From assembly GCA_016926075.1 (NCBI GenBank), contig JAFGPG010000069.1:10313-74312 (forward strand): a stretch of 64,000 nucleotides of DNA, written 5' to 3'. Below, piece by piece: positions 63,298 through 64,000 of this stretch. Both the position numbers and the translations under genes were made by a program. Positions within the stretch are counted from its first letter, which is position 1, and each line of letters starts with the position of its first letter. Origin of the DNA: Methanomassiliicoccales archaeon. Lineage in GTDB: Archaea; Thermoplasmatota; Thermoplasmata; Methanomassiliicoccales; UBA472. The notes beneath the pieces were generated by a model. It was not told the origin of the DNA and ran no database searches. It saw nothing but the letters and a program-made list of their open reading frames with translations.

Positions 63298-64000
63298 TTG
63301 CGCCTGAGCTGCGTGATCGACGATCGCACCGGTTCCCGGGACGGTTCACGTATAGTACATAAGGCCAGCGGCAACTTCCTCTCCGAGCACGGCATATCCC
63401 TTCTCATCGAGACCAGCGGGGGGAAGAGGGTGCTCATGGACACAGGGTCCTCAGAAAAGGCCTTCTCCCATAACCTGGAACTACTGGGACTGGGACCGGA
63501 CGACCTGGACCTGGTCTTCATCACCCACGGGCACTACGATCATCTGGGGGCCCTGCCCATGCTGCTGCGCGAAGGGGTGCCCTGCCACACCCACCCCCTC
63601 ACCTTCCAGGGAAAGCGCTTCTTCGATGCCCCAGGCAAACGGAGGGACATCGGGCCGTCCCAGGAACTGCTCTCGTTGCTCGAGGAGTTCCCCCCGGAAT
63701 ATGACGATCGGCCCCGCGAGCTGGTCCCAGGGGTCTGGACCAGCGGGGAGATCAGGCGCGGCAATCGTTTCGAAAGGCCGGTGCACTTCACCGTCGATCG
63801 GGACGGGGAGGAGGAAGAGGACATCATCATCGAGGAGCAGGCCCTCTGCGTCTCCACGCGCAAGGGGCTGCTGGTGCTCACCGGCTGCGGCCATGCCGGT
63901 GTGGTCAACATCCTCTCCCAGATACGGCGGCGCAGCGACAGGAAGCTGCACATGGTGGCCGGAGGGTTCCACCTGGTCAACGCCCCTCCCTCCACCCTGC
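63298..64000 (+). CDS. MBL-fold metallo-hydrolase (COG1237-like); 3' end beyond the window
   Basis: Absent from the track because it has no stop in the window. My translation from TTG 63298 (or GTG 63313): ...SEHGISLLIETSGGKRVLMDTGSS...LVFITHGHYDHLGALP...LTGCGHAGVVN. Starts directly after the ramA stop. Confidence 0.75.
   Translation, partial: MRLSCVIDDRTGSRDGSRIVHKASGNFLSEHGISLLIETSGGKRVLMDTGSSEKAFSHNLELLGLGPDDLDLVFITHGHYDHLGALPMLLREGVPCHTHPLTFQGKRFFDAPGKRRDIGPSQELLSLLEEFPPEYDDRPRELVPGVWTSGEIRRGNRFERPVHFTVDRDGEEEEDIIIEEQALCVSTRKGLLVLTGCGHAGVVNILSQIRRRSDRKLHMVAGGFHLVNAPPSTL

Noticed and set aside
50000-63300. Search for pyrrolysine-type methylamine methyltransferase genes (ORFs interrupted by an in-frame TAG)
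   Set aside because: No adjacent same-frame ORF pair of the required ~460-aa combined length was found, and no MtmB/MtbB/MttB-like sequence was recognised. The amber stop of the spurious ORF 57719..57907 reads through into nonsense.
1-64000. CRISPR arrays, rRNA genes, transposases/IS elements, prophage genes and classic defence-system genes
   Set aside because: I saw no regularly spaced direct repeats, no rRNA-like sequence and no recognisable transposase, integrase, Cas, restriction-enzyme or toxin-antitoxin signatures when reading both strands and the ORF track.

Overview
GC-rich archaeal chromosome segment with densely packed genes, many joined by 4-nt start/stop overlaps. Promoters stand out as short AT-rich islands. 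Gene content points to an MCR-dependent, methyl-reducing methanogen, possibly Methanomassiliicoccales-like; that assignment is inference only. Contents in order: (i) 1-12.2 kb, a complete coenzyme F430 operon (cfbA-E-D-C-B, minus strand) back-to-back with a tetrapyrrole trunk operon (sirC-hemA-hemB-hemL-hemC-SUMT-hemD plus a second hemD-like gene). (ii) 12.5-20.3 kb, an MFS transporter and a fully overlapping trpEGDCFBA operon. (iii) 20.4-50 kb, mixed housekeeping and accessory genes: Isf-like flavoprotein coupled to a corrinoid adenosyltransferase, a CoA-transferase::Pat-type GNAT fusion, E1-like ThiF, ABC-2 exporter, flippase, AMP-forming Acs, regulators, USP, galU/ugd, an unknown two-gene membrane operon, PUA protein, SepF, HD hydrolase, RtcB, DUF835 protein, tRNA-His, CPBP protease, argF, an exonuclease/RecJ-like pair, a metallophosphoesterase and an epimerase. 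(iv) 50.3-63.3 kb, the most interesting part: a methyl-corrinoid module with no recognisable canonical substrate-specific MT1. It holds a corrinoid protein, two Zn-type URO-D-family methyltransferases, a RamA activase and a G3E GTPase. Around them sit an ArsR-type regulator, a previously unrecognised six-repeat membrane protein, a hydantoinase-like ASKHA protein and a permease/thioredoxin/DGC trio whose DGC gene is frameshifted. A tandem palindromic operator candidate lies upstream of the corrinoid gene. I found no rRNA, CRISPR array, transposase or integrase. Many long track ORFs are antisense or out-of-frame shadows typical of high-GC DNA and were rejected. All family assignments rest on motifs read by eye; no database search was run.
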